Notes: generated by a model from the sequence alone, not told the origin. A stretch of 64,000 bases of DNA from an uncultured Planctomycetaceae bacterium (GCA_963976765.1 CAXBME010000006.1:248001-312000); one strand, 5' to 3'. Positions 52,093 to 60,690 are shown, counted from the first letter of the stretch. Numbers and translations are program-made.

Positions 52093-54053
52093 TTTCCGTC
52101 GGCACCGAAATCTACATCCGTCCCGAACACGGTATAGACGGCGCTAGCGGAGCAATCTGGGGCAGACTGACTGTCTCCGAAATGGGCGAGGTCAGTCCTG
52201 GCCAGTGGATGGTCGACTTGAGCCGTCGTTGCCAGGACGGTGTGATCCGCCGAGTCGTCAGCGGACTGCCATTTCCATTCACGGCTTCAGCAAACGGCAG
52301 ACGCAGTGACGGCACCTCGAATGTTGCCGCCGCGAATGCGGAGTTGCAGCGGAATAATCCGCAGTTGAGCATTCAGCTGCAGCGGTTCCGCGAACTGGCC
52401 AAAGATCGAAAGGAACTGCGACATGCAGCTGCCGACGCTGAATCATCTGATGCACACGATCGGCAACACTCAGCTCCAGGCGACCTGGTGGTGTCTCGAA
52501 CACAAGGTCTGGCAACGAATGGATGCAGCCGAGTTCCTGTTGGGCCATCCACCGAATCGGACGATTCCGCAGGCCACGTACGACCTGTGGCTGAACGGGA
52601 TTTACAAGGAGTACGTGGCGACGATCAAAGCTCAGTCGCAACTCTGGCAGCCGGGCACGTCGTCATCGTTGACCTGATGAACGTGCTGGTGGCGGCGTAT
52701 CACGTCGGGCAGAAAAACCAGGTTCATGCGGTGCGGAGCTTACTGGGAACTGTGCGGCAACTGATCGAAAAGCTGAAGCCGGAAACGCTGCTGTTTGCGG
52801 CGGAAGGCGGCCATGGTTTTCGGCGAAACATCTTCCCGGAATACAAGGCGACTCGACCGGAAACCGAGCCGCTGCTGAAAGATCAGATCAAGCTGGCTCA
52901 CGACGCACTGACGGCAATCGGCTGGCCGGTCCTGTCGTCAGCCGGTTACGAAGACGACGACGTACTGGCGACAGTTGCCGAGCGGTGCAAGGCGAACGGT
53001 GTGCCATGCACTGTAGTGACCACTGACAAGGACATGCTTCAGCTGCTGCCCATCTGCCGGATTTATCACCAGCAGAAAAAGCGACTCGTCACCAGCGACG
53101 ACGTTCAGAAAAAATACAACATCGGTGCCGGCCAGATGGGCGACCTGCTGTCACTGTGGGGCGACAGGATCGACAACGTACCTGGCGTGCCTGGGATCGG
53201 GAAGGTCAAGGCGGCTGAACTACTGAACGAGTTTGAGAATCTCGACGCCATACTCGTTTCAGCCATCGCCCACGATCACGGCAAATCGTCGATGTGGGCC
53301 AAACTGAAAGAGCATCGCAAACAAGCCCTGCTCAGCCGACGGCTGGTTGACCTGCAACACAACGTTCCACTTGCGGACGGCTGGCAGGTTGCGCGAGCCA
53401 TGCAGCCGCGAGGCACATGGGTCGACTCGCTGCGAGCGATGAGTCTGGGTGCCGTCGTCAACGGTCTTAGTGACGCGTTTCAATCGGCTGGCCAGTTGCC
53501 AGCATCACAGCAAGAACCTCAAAGGAGTGACGGCCATGCCGACTTATTTTCCCGACGACCTGCAACGTCGAGCCGAACTGGCAACGAGACGCGATCAGAT
53601 CAAACGCACGCTGCTGATTCTGGGCGTGTGGCAGACGTGGATGATCGATCCGAAAACGGCGTGCAGGCATCTGGGATTGCCGGTCAAGTCGGACCAGAAA
53701 CCAGAGCAGCTTCACAACCTGTTGAGCGAGTTTCAGCGGGAGGTGAGAGGCCAGATCCAACTGACACAGTCCGTCCAGCTTTCATTGGAGCTTGTGTCGA
53801 TCTGGGTTTCGAACTGACCGGCGGTCCGGATCAATTCAACAACTGGACAGCCACATATGCCGGCCAGCGATTCATCCTGCATGGGCATCCGAAGTGCCAG
53901 CAGATCACAGCCATTGACACGGGAAACAGTCACCCCCTGGCGGAGTTCAAGGAGCGAGCCAATGCGACGACGTCCGAGACCAGACCCACATGGTCGCCCA
54001 GCGGCGAGCTGGCTGAGGATCCAGCCCAACCACTGGCACACTCAAATTGCTGA
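52089..54053 (+). CDS. Long ORF containing a central 5'-3' exonuclease (PolA-N/FEN, PIN + H3TH) domain
   Basis: VIVD, FRRNIFPEYKATR, GYEDDD, TDKD, GDRIDNVPGVPGIGKVKAAELL; nuclease domain about 52650-53380; true extent of the gene uncertain. Confidence 0.8.
   Translation: MISVGTEIYIRPEHGIDGASGAIWGRLTVSEMGEVSPGQWMVDLSRRCQDGVIRRVVSGLPFPFTASANGRRSDGTSNVAAANAELQRNNPQLSIQLQRFRELAKDRKELRHAAADAESSDAHDRQHSAPGDLVVSRTQGLATNGCSRVPVGPSTESDDSAGHVRPVAERDLQGVRGDDQSSVATLAAGHVVIVDLMNVLVAAYHVGQKNQVHAVRSLLGTVRQLIEKLKPETLLFAAEGGHGFRRNIFPEYKATRPETEPLLKDQIKLAHDALTAIGWPVLSSAGYEDDDVLATVAERCKANGVPCTVVTTDKDMLQLLPICRIYHQQKKRLVTSDDVQKKYNIGAGQMGDLLSLWGDRIDNVPGVPGIGKVKAAELLNEFENLDAILVSAIAHDHGKSSMWAKLKEHRKQALLSRRLVDLQHNVPLADGWQVARAMQPRGTWVDSLRAMSLGAVVNGLSDAFQSAGQLPASQQEPQRSDGHADLFSRRPATSSRTGNETRSDQTHAADSGRVADVDDRSENGVQASGIAGQVGPETRAASQPVERVSAGGERPDPTDTVRPAFIGACVDLGFELTGGPDQFNNWTATYAGQRFILHGHPKCQQITAIDTGNSHPLAEFKERANATTSETRPTWSPSGELAEDPAQPLAHSNC
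52423..52677 (+). CDS. Hypothetical protein nested (+1 frame) in the exonuclease ORF
   Basis: GAAAGGAA SD 7 nt before ATG; globular-looking composition where the host frame is low-complexity. Confidence 0.5.
   Translation: MQLPTLNHLMHTIGNTQLQATWWCLEHKVWQRMDAAEFLLGHPPNRTIPQATYDLWLNGIYKEYVATIKAQSQLWQPGTSSSLT
53536..53817 (+). CDS. Hypothetical protein nested (+1 frame) in the exonuclease ORF
   Basis: Strong SD AAAGGAG 8 nt before ATG; resembles the 52423 ORF by eye. Confidence 0.55.
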   Translation: MPTYFPDDLQRRAELATRRDQIKRTLLILGVWQTWMIDPKTACRHLGLPVKSDQKPEQLHNLLSEFQREVRGQIQLTQSVQLSLELVSIWVSN

Positions 54054-54264
54054 CGCCGGGAATGGTCTGCTGATTGACTGCCCAACGCATCACTGCGACG
54101 GGCAGATTTTTACGCTGGCCAGACCGGGACACGATGGCGCGATGATCGTGAGTTGCAGCACCTGTTGCCGGAAGATGGCGGTGATTCTGGTCGGCTGGGA
54201 ATCACCGGCCCCCGCATCACGCGGAGTGAAGCCACCGACTGAAGACGAAACGCTAGGGACTTAA
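53962..54264 (+). CDS. Small putative zinc-ribbon protein
   Basis: AAGGAG SD; CPTHHC...CSTC; overlaps the exonuclease ORF tail by 92 nt. Confidence 0.55.
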   Translation: MRRRPRPDPHGRPAASWLRIQPNHWHTQIADAGNGLLIDCPTHHCDGQIFTLARPGHDGAMIVSCSTCCRKMAVILVGWESPAPASRGVKPPTEDETLGT

Positions 54265-54266
54265 CC

Positions 54267-54866
54267 ATGCCTCGAAATATGAGCTTTGCATTGACCACCG
54301 ATCAGTTCCGCGCTCGGTCGAAGACGGTCACACGACGGATCGGCTGGGCATTCCTGCAGCCGGGCGATCAGGTCATGGGCTGCGTCAAGTGCATGGGCCT
54401 GAAGCCGGGAGAGAAAATCGAAAGGCTCGGCCTGATCGAGATAGTTTCAGTCCGCCGCGAGCCACTCCGCCTGATGCAGGTCGACGAGCATTACGGCAAA
54501 GCAGAAGCCGTCAAGGAAGGCTTTCCGGAAATGAACGGAGCCGACTTCGTTTCCATGCTCTGCAACCATTCGAGCAAACCCGCCGACACTGAGTTTAACC
54601 GCATTGAATTTCAGTACCTCGCTCCGAACGGCGAGCCAGTCTCCGACGAGATTCCTTGCCGCCTGCTCCGATTCAATCCTCGCCGGGCCGCACGCGGCGC
54701 GGAGGCGGCTGAGGTTGAGATCGGCAGCGACGTGCTGTGGATGAGTCGTCGGGATATCAGCCGCAACATCACCGAGTTCGGCCCATTGCCAGGCCTGCTC
54801 GCTGCGCAGTCGGCGTACAACGCCGGAGTGGATTACCCACCCCGGAACACCATGAACCAACCATGA
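54267..54866 (+). CDS. ASCH domain protein with C-terminal extension
   Basis: MSFALT, KTVTRR.GW, SVRREPL, EGFP, RIEFQY resemble phage ASCH/PUA-like proteins. Confidence 0.7.
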   Translation: MPRNMSFALTTDQFRARSKTVTRRIGWAFLQPGDQVMGCVKCMGLKPGEKIERLGLIEIVSVRREPLRLMQVDEHYGKAEAVKEGFPEMNGADFVSMLCNHSSKPADTEFNRIEFQYLAPNGEPVSDEIPCRLLRFNPRRAARGAEAAEVEIGSDVLWMSRRDISRNITEFGPLPGLLAAQSAYNAGVDYPPRNTMNQP

Positions 54867-54877
54867 GGACTGAGACT

Positions 54878-55225
54878 ATGAAAGACACGGCAACGTTTGA
54901 GACATGGGCGATCGTGGACGTGATGGGCCATCAGCGGTTTGCTGGCTATCTCACGGAGCGGACAATCGGCGGGAAGGCGTTTCTGCAGATCGATGTGCCG
55001 GAAGTATTCGGCAAACAGGCAGCGTTTTCACGAATTCTTGGCCCGGATTCGATCTACGCCATCCAACCGGTCACCGAGGAAGTCGCTCGCGACATCGCAC
55101 GCGAACTCAAAAAGAGTCCACTCACCGAATGGGACTTCACGCCAGAGCTGCGTGAGACGATCAAAGCCGGACGGCGGCTGCTGAGTTCCTCACCGCCGCA
55201 AAGCGTCAGGGATAATGATTCTTGA
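54878..55225 (+). CDS. Conserved phage-type hypothetical protein
   Basis: WAIVDVMGH.RFAG...E...G..FLQIDVP...SIYAI.P.TEE pattern, recalled from phage proteins; GAGG SD. Confidence 0.7.
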   Translation: MKDTATFETWAIVDVMGHQRFAGYLTERTIGGKAFLQIDVPEVFGKQAAFSRILGPDSIYAIQPVTEEVARDIARELKKSPLTEWDFTPELRETIKAGRRLLSSSPPQSVRDNDS

Positions 55226-55248
55226 TTGACTCTGAGAGTGAGGCGAGT

Positions 55249-55273
55249 GACGCATTCGTGCGTCGTTTTTTTT
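55249..55273 (+). terminator. Intrinsic terminator before the replication gene
   Basis: GACGCA-TTCG-TGCGTC-G-T8. Confidence 0.8.
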
Positions 55274-55318
55274 GAGTCATCAGTGATGTTCAAAACTTGT
55301 TGAACACGGAAGTGCAAC

Positions 55319-56635
55319 ATGAGTCATCCGGCGAGTAGTTACCCGACAGAGCGACGGAACTGGACCGTTGACGGGCGGAGAAAAATCTTTGCTCTGACGT
55401 TTCAGCGACTGCTGATCAATTCGCAGGCCATCAAGGATCTCGGATTCGAAGGCATTCACCTGCTCACCAGAATTGTTCTGATCGAAGACGAGTTGCGGCA
55501 CAGCCAGCCTGTGAAGATGTGGAACACGGAGGTCGAGCACCTGCTGGGGCTGAAAGTCGATGCTATGCGTCGAGTCCGCCAAGCCTGCATTGATCACGGC
55601 TGGCTGCACTACGTCCCCGGCCGGAAGCGAAAGATCGGTCAGTATTGGGTCACCATTCCCGACGAAGCCGTGCGTGACGAGTGGTTGAATGACGACGCAG
55701 GCGAAGAAATACCCCCGCCCGTCAGCGGGGTAAAGCCGACGGAAAGCCAACACAAAGCTGACGGAAAGCCAACACAAAGCCGCACACCTTCTATTCCTGT
55801 ACCTGATCCAGAAAACTCCTCCTCCACCGTTTCCGATTTCGAAAGCGGTGGAGGAGGAATTTTTGAAGATGATGCCAACGAATCAGCCGTGTCTGAGATG
55901 CTGGCAACGAAACCGGTCGAGTCCGGTTCCGGATCGACAGCCGTGTCTGTTGATTCATCGCGGGATGCGTCTGCCGAGTCGGACGCATCCACAATGGTTC
56001 CGCCCGTGTGCGGAACTGACGAGGTGGCGATCGCCGCCACCATCGAGCGTGTGAAGTCCGAGCACTTCACGAACAGTCTGGCGGCGGACAGGTTCGGCAA
56101 CCGTAAGTTCGGCCTGGCTGACCAGGCAGTCAGAACAGCGATCGCCAGAGGTCACACGACGGCATCCGTCGATGCCATCTGTGATTTCGTGGAATCGCGA
56201 CCCGGCTTCTATGGGGCCGGTGCGGTGTATGTGCGTCTCACGACTGAGGCGTACGTGACTGACGAGCCGCAAGATTCCTGGGCAACGCCAGATCCGGTGG
56301 CGTTCGCAAAATGGAAGCATCGACGGGAGCAGGAAGCCCGCCGAAAACAAGACGCAGCGGCGACAGTCCTGTACCAGCAACGAAAAGAGAAAGAGACAGC
56401 ACCGCTGGTGCAACTCGAAATTCACTGGCCGGCCATCGAGAAGATGAGCACCGATGAAATTCTTGTGATGCTGGCTGGCGAATCGCAAACGCGGAGATAT
56501 TTCACCCGATCAAACTACGATCGGAACGCACCGATGATTCGGACTCGGCTTTTGAAACTCTATGCGGCACAGCAGGAAGTTGTTCACGCGAAGTCCCGAA
56601 GTCCCGAAGAGCAGACTCAAGAGGCAGTCACATGA
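55319..56635 (+). CDS. Putative phage replication initiator (N-terminal winged HTH)
   Basis: LLGL...MRRVRQACIDHGWLHY.PG....GQYWV wHTH-like N-terminus, then a low-complexity linker carrying direct repeats. Confidence 0.6.
   Translation: MSHPASSYPTERRNWTVDGRRKIFALTFQRLLINSQAIKDLGFEGIHLLTRIVLIEDELRHSQPVKMWNTEVEHLLGLKVDAMRRVRQACIDHGWLHYVPGRKRKIGQYWVTIPDEAVRDEWLNDDAGEEIPPPVSGVKPTESQHKADGKPTQSRTPSIPVPDPENSSSTVSDFESGGGGIFEDDANESAVSEMLATKPVESGSGSTAVSVDSSRDASAESDASTMVPPVCGTDEVAIAATIERVKSEHFTNSLAADRFGNRKFGLADQAVRTAIARGHTTASVDAICDFVESRPGFYGAGAVYVRLTTEAYVTDEPQDSWATPDPVAFAKWKHRREQEARRKQDAAATVLYQQRKEKETAPLVQLEIHWPAIEKMSTDEILVMLAGESQTRRYFTRSNYDRNAPMIRTRLLKLYAAQQEVVHAKSRSPEEQTQEAVT
55732..55786 (+). repeat. 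Five tandem 11-bp iteron-like repeats
   Basis: AAAGCCGACGG AAAGCCAACAC AAAGCTGACGG AAAGCCAACAC AAAGCCGCACA. Confidence 0.8.
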
Positions 56636-58206
56636 CGAAAAAGTCGCACGCTGTCGGCGACAGGCAATTCATCGGGCTCGAGAGGATCAAACCGAGCCCG
56701 TACCAGCCTCGCACTTATTTCGACGCAGACAAGCTGGCCGAACTGGCAGCCAGCATGAAATCGTCGACACAACTAACGGACTGCCTGGTCCGCGTCTCGC
56801 CGGGATACCGGGGAGCGGGAACGCCTGAGTCCTTCGAACTGATCGGCGGTGAACGCCGGTGGCGAGCCGCAAAGACCGCCGGCATCCGGGGCGTCTGGTG
56901 CCGGGTGATCGAGGCCGATAATCAGCTCGCTCAACGACTGGCCACGTTTGACAATCTGGACCGTGAGAACCTGACGGAAGTTGAGAAGCTTTGGGCATTC
57001 CGTAAGTTGATCGATCGCGGGGCTTGTACTCAGAAGGAGCTGGCGGCGGAACTGAAACTCACACCGGCGGCGTTGAGCAATCGTCTGAGAATTCTGACGG
57101 TGCCTGCCGAGTGGCTGGATCGGATTTCTCAAGAAACTTACGGGCTGTCGACAACTCATCTTCGCAGTCTGGTGCCGTGGATCAAACGCGAGAACGTGCT
57201 GGCGATGGTGTGGGCGGACCTGCAGGCCGAAGCGAGTAAACACGGCTCGGATTGGAAATGCACAGTCGCCGAGTTCGCGGGCATCGTGCTGTACGCGGTG
57301 AAGAAACTCAGTCGGCCACTGAAGGACGGCGAACACATCGTCCGACTGCCGGGCGTGAAGGTTCATGGTGATGTCGATGTCGCTCTGACTCCTGCACAGC
57401 GATGTGACAACGAACTGGACTGCGTCTCGGTGAAGCTGGATCCCGATGGAGGGAAAGAGAAGCGAGCCTTCAATGTCGAGTTATGGGAGACGTTCCAGCT
57501 TGAAAGCGAGCAGGCACAGAGAGCGGAATCGAAACCGTCTCCAGCGAAGAAATCGGAAGTCGCCGAAGAAAGACGGGATGAGTTCCAGCGAAAGCTCTAT
57601 CGCTGGAAGCTGACGCAACTGCAACGCATGATTGTGGAGAGATTCGAATCCGTGTCAGGGCCGATCGATCAGCAGAATGTTCCGTTTCCGGAAATCGTCC
57701 AGCTGCACCTGCTGTGGTTCGCCTGCCACGGTGATTCAAGACAAACCAACGCGAGAAGCGAAGACCTGGCCGATCCTGTCAGCGAGGCCGGCGGCAGAGC
57801 TATCCGTCACGGAGGCCAGATTTTCAATCCAGTGAGTGTCTTTGAGACACTCGACACGATCGCCGCCGGCAGGGAGCATCGCAACAAAGTGTTCCGTGCC
57901 GTGGGTCTCTGCCTGGCGAACTGGTGGTCTGCCGATTTCGAAGGTCCACGCCGTGGCGTGACGCCGGCAGCGATCGAATGGGCCGCCGGCCAGTTTGGCT
58001 TCGATGTCTGCTCTCCGTGGCGACTGACTCGCGATTTCCTCTCACTGTATTCGGTAGCTGGCCTGAAGACTCTGGCGGATGAATGGGCGCACGCCTTCGA
58101 CGCAAAGACTGCCGGGAAAGAGTCGATGATCAATGAACTACTGGATTGGTGCGACGAAAAGCCTGCCCCGCAATCACTCGCAAAACTGAAGGCGATGGAG
58201 CTGTGA
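56632..58206 (+). CDS. ParB/RepB/Spo0J family protein with long C-terminal region
   Basis: PSPYQPR..F, GGERRWRA, NLDRENL, HTH TQKELAAELKLTPAALSNRLR. Confidence 0.88.
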   Translation: MTKKSHAVGDRQFIGLERIKPSPYQPRTYFDADKLAELAASMKSSTQLTDCLVRVSPGYRGAGTPESFELIGGERRWRAAKTAGIRGVWCRVIEADNQLAQRLATFDNLDRENLTEVEKLWAFRKLIDRGACTQKELAAELKLTPAALSNRLRILTVPAEWLDRISQETYGLSTTHLRSLVPWIKRENVLAMVWADLQAEASKHGSDWKCTVAEFAGIVLYAVKKLSRPLKDGEHIVRLPGVKVHGDVDVALTPAQRCDNELDCVSVKLDPDGGKEKRAFNVELWETFQLESEQAQRAESKPSPAKKSEVAEERRDEFQRKLYRWKLTQLQRMIVERFESVSGPIDQQNVPFPEIVQLHLLWFACHGDSRQTNARSEDLADPVSEAGGRAIRHGGQIFNPVSVFETLDTIAAGREHRNKVFRAVGLCLANWWSADFEGPRRGVTPAAIEWAAGQFGFDVCSPWRLTRDFLSLYSVAGLKTLADEWAHAFDAKTAGKESMINELLDWCDEKPAPQSLAKLKAMEL

Positions 58207-58295
58207 CCGCTACGTGACAAACAGCCACCTTTGATCGATTGAATGGATTATCTACCACTCGCGCCGTTCTGATTTCATTCAAAGGATAGACAACC

Positions 58296-59072
58296 ATGGT
58301 GTGTGCTGCGAAAACGCTTCCTGAGCCTTACTACGAACGCGACGGAATCCGGATTTATCACGGAGAGTCGTTTTACATTCTCGACGCCCTGCAGGGCCTG
58401 TCGGCAATCGTCACCGATCCGCCGTACTCGTCCGGCGGAACATTCAGCGGTGCTCGTGTGCAGAGTACTGTCTCGAAATATGTGCAGAGCGGCACTGTCC
58501 GTCGCCTGCCCAACTTCAGCGGAGACAATCGAGACCAGCGGAGCTTTCGGTTCTGGTCGACTCTCTGGCTGACGGCAGCGTTTCACGCCACGGTGCCCGG
58601 TGCCGTAATCTGTTCGTTCATTGACTGGCGGCAGCTGCCGACGCTGACTGATGCCATTCAGGCCGGCGGCTGGACTTGGCGAGGTGTCGGCGTCTGGTCG
58701 AAGGGATTCGGACGCCCGGGCCCGAATCGATTCAGTTCAGCGTGTGAATATCTGGTATGGGGTTCCAACGGTCCCATGCCGAACGAAAAACAAGACGCGG
58801 TTTACCCGTCCGGGATCGTCGAATGTTCTGTGGCTTGCGGGAAAACGAAGCTGCACATTGCTCAGAAGCCCGACAAGGTGGCGGAATGGTCTTTGTCGAT
58901 CGTGCCACCTGGCGGAACGATCTGCGATCCGTTCATGGGTTCCGGTTCAACGCTGGTCGCCGCTCGCAAGCGTGGCATCAAGGCCATCGGAATCGAATGC
59001 GACGAACAGTCGTGCGAGGTCGCGGCAAAACGAATCGACGATCAGATCACCAGCGAATGCGCTGATTGTTGA
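58296..59072 (+). CDS. Orphan DNA methyltransferase (N6-A/N4-C, beta class)
   Basis: TDPPY precedes H.AQKP and DPFMGSGST, GIE. Confidence 0.92.
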   Translation: MVCAAKTLPEPYYERDGIRIYHGESFYILDALQGLSAIVTDPPYSSGGTFSGARVQSTVSKYVQSGTVRRLPNFSGDNRDQRSFRFWSTLWLTAAFHATVPGAVICSFIDWRQLPTLTDAIQAGGWTWRGVGVWSKGFGRPGPNRFSSACEYLVWGSNGPMPNEKQDAVYPSGIVECSVACGKTKLHIAQKPDKVAEWSLSIVPPGGTICDPFMGSGSTLVAARKRGIKAIGIECDEQSCEVAAKRIDDQITSECADC

Positions 59073-59126
59073 CCAGAACGAACTCTCTAATGAAGTGTCC
59101 ACAAATGATGGATTACCCGGAGAGGC

Positions 59127-59888
59127 TTATTCAGTGTACAGCTCGTCTTGCAGATAGTTGCGATGTTCGTACAGCGCGTAGCGAAGAGCGTCTTCAGGCA
59201 CGCCTTCCCCCAGAAGCCGGGCGTAGGCATCGCTTTTTCGAGGATGGAGACAAAGGAAACTGAGCGTATCGTAGAACGTGCCGATCGCGATGTGACCGCC
59301 AAAGTGGTCTGAGTTCGCAAAGGCTACATATGGGAATCGAGCCGGAATCAGGCGGTTGGAAAGGTCGCAGGAGTTGTCTCGTGTTCGGGATGCAGTCACT
59401 CGCCCGCCGCGCTGATCAAATTCACGACCGTGAAACAGGTCTGAGAATACTGCTGTCAGTTGTCTCAATTCGTATTCGCACATCCCGAAGAACAGTCGAG
59501 TCAGTGGTTCGTGAACCTCATCATTCTTCCGATCAAGAACCCGGAATCCAACATCAGAGCCACCATCAGGCAAGAGCACGCTGAACTGCTCCATGATCTT
59601 GACCGGCTTATCTGTGTCAAAAGTCCGCTCAAATGAAGAAGTTCGAAACAGGCGGCCACCGGAGAGTTGAATGTACGATTGGCAATCATCGAGCCGCTGC
59701 GACGACCTTCTGTACCTTCGCCGAATAAACTGATCATCATCACCGTCGTAAATCTGGTCGTGAAAGAAGCAGATGCGATCGTCGGCGTAGATGACCGGGT
59801 GGAATCGAATCCCGTCCAGATCCAGATCACGCTCAGCTATTGCCGATCCATCAATGTCATCAAACTTAATTCCTTCGAGACTCGCCAT
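59127..59888 (-). CDS. Hypothetical protein (accessory cargo)
   Basis: 253 aa ORF downstream of the HTH gene; no motif recognised. Confidence 0.65.
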   Translation of the reverse strand: MASLEGIKFDDIDGSAIAERDLDLDGIRFHPVIYADDRICFFHDQIYDGDDDQFIRRRYRRSSQRLDDCQSYIQLSGGRLFRTSSFERTFDTDKPVKIMEQFSVLLPDGGSDVGFRVLDRKNDEVHEPLTRLFFGMCEYELRQLTAVFSDLFHGREFDQRGGRVTASRTRDNSCDLSNRLIPARFPYVAFANSDHFGGHIAIGTFYDTLSFLCLHPRKSDAYARLLGEGVPEDALRYALYEHRNYLQDELYTE

Positions 59889-59966
59889 GGCTGTGCTGTT
59901 CCCCCGGATGGTGTCACGTATTTTCCAAACCAGATCATAGATGGTTTGTTCAGAGGCTCCCTGTGT

Positions 59967-60155
59967 TCAATCGACCTTCAGTGATTTCAGGCCGACGGCG
60001 GCGGCGAGTCTGGCCAGGTCGGCCATGCGTGGCTCGCGAGTTTTATTCAACCACGTCCAGACGGTCCTCTGATCGCGTTCAATCAGCAGCGCGACATCTG
60101 AGACCGTCAGTTTTTTCTGCTCACGACGGGCGTTGATCTGGTCGACGAAATCCAT
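59967..60155 (-). CDS. XRE/Cro-family HTH regulator
   Basis: RREQKKLTVSDVA..I....RTV..W....REPR...L..LA..VG; SD GGGAG lies inside the end of hicB. Confidence 0.85.
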   Translation of the reverse strand: MDFVDQINARREQKKLTVSDVALLIERDQRTVWTWLNKTREPRMADLARLAAAVGLKSLKVD

Positions 60156-60158
60156 CGG

Positions 60159-60386
60159 TCACGCTCCCTGTCCCTGTGGAGCGTACAGGTCATAAGCGGC
60201 AGCTGGTGACGGGATTGACTCCCCATCTTCACGCATGCCGGACAGGTGCAACTCGATCGCCTCGCGGATCAGCGAGGCCGCTTCTTCCCGCGTTTTCCCG
60301 ACGGCGACACAGCCGGGCAGGTCAGGGACGTAAGCGCCCCAGTCACTGTCTTCCGACTTTTCGATCACGATCAGATACTGACTCAT
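60159..60386 (-). CDS. hicB: HicB-family antitoxin (short, no DNA-binding domain)
   Basis: Y.IVIEK...WGAYVPDLPGCVAVGKTREEA...IREAIELHL.GM..DGE.IP.P. Confidence 0.92.
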   Translation of the reverse strand: MSQYLIVIEKSEDSDWGAYVPDLPGCVAVGKTREEAASLIREAIELHLSGMREDGESIPSPAAAYDLYAPQGQGA

Positions 60387-60407
60387 TTCTACCAACTCCC
60401 CGCCGGC

Positions 60408-60599
60408 CTACTTGAGGCCGGCCTGTTTCAGAATACTGTTGAGTGTTCCGGGCGGCAGAACACTGTTTGGCTTGCCGGCCACGGTGACACGCCCCGACTT
60501 CGTCGCGTGTTTGAACTGACGGTGACTGCCTTTCTGAGCCACCAGCATCCAACCGTCATTGTCGAGCTGTTTCAGAATGTCCCGCACTGTCGTCGCCAT
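60408..60599 (-). CDS. hicA: HicA-family toxin (mRNA interferase)
   Basis: DGW....KGSHRQFKH....GRVTV.......PGTL.SILKQAGL; catalytic His in GSH. Confidence 0.93.
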   Translation of the reverse strand: MATTVRDILKQLDNDGWMLVAQKGSHRQFKHATKSGRVTVAGKPNSVLPPGTLNSILKQAGLK

Positions 60600-60628
60600 G
60601 TCTGTCGCTCCTGCCTTGTGATATCGTC

Positions 60629-60690
60629 ATTCTACAAATTGTAGAATCGGACACAATACAGACCGCCGGGATATTCTACAAATTGTAGAA
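60629..60690 (-). promoter_or_regulatory. Twin palindromic operators and promoter of the hicA-hicB-HTH operon
   Basis: ATTCTACAAATTGTAGAA at 60629-60646 and 60673-60690; minus-strand TTGTGT-N16-TAGAAT overlaps the proximal copy. Confidence 0.7.

Noticed and set aside
60629..60690. Two TCTAC..GTAGA repeats with a 26-nt spacer resemble a Cas12a-type mini CRISPR array
   Set aside because: Only two 18-bp units, no cas genes, and the AATTTCTAC 5' end and GTAGAT 3' end do not match; perfect dyads over a promoter next to an HTH gene fit operators better
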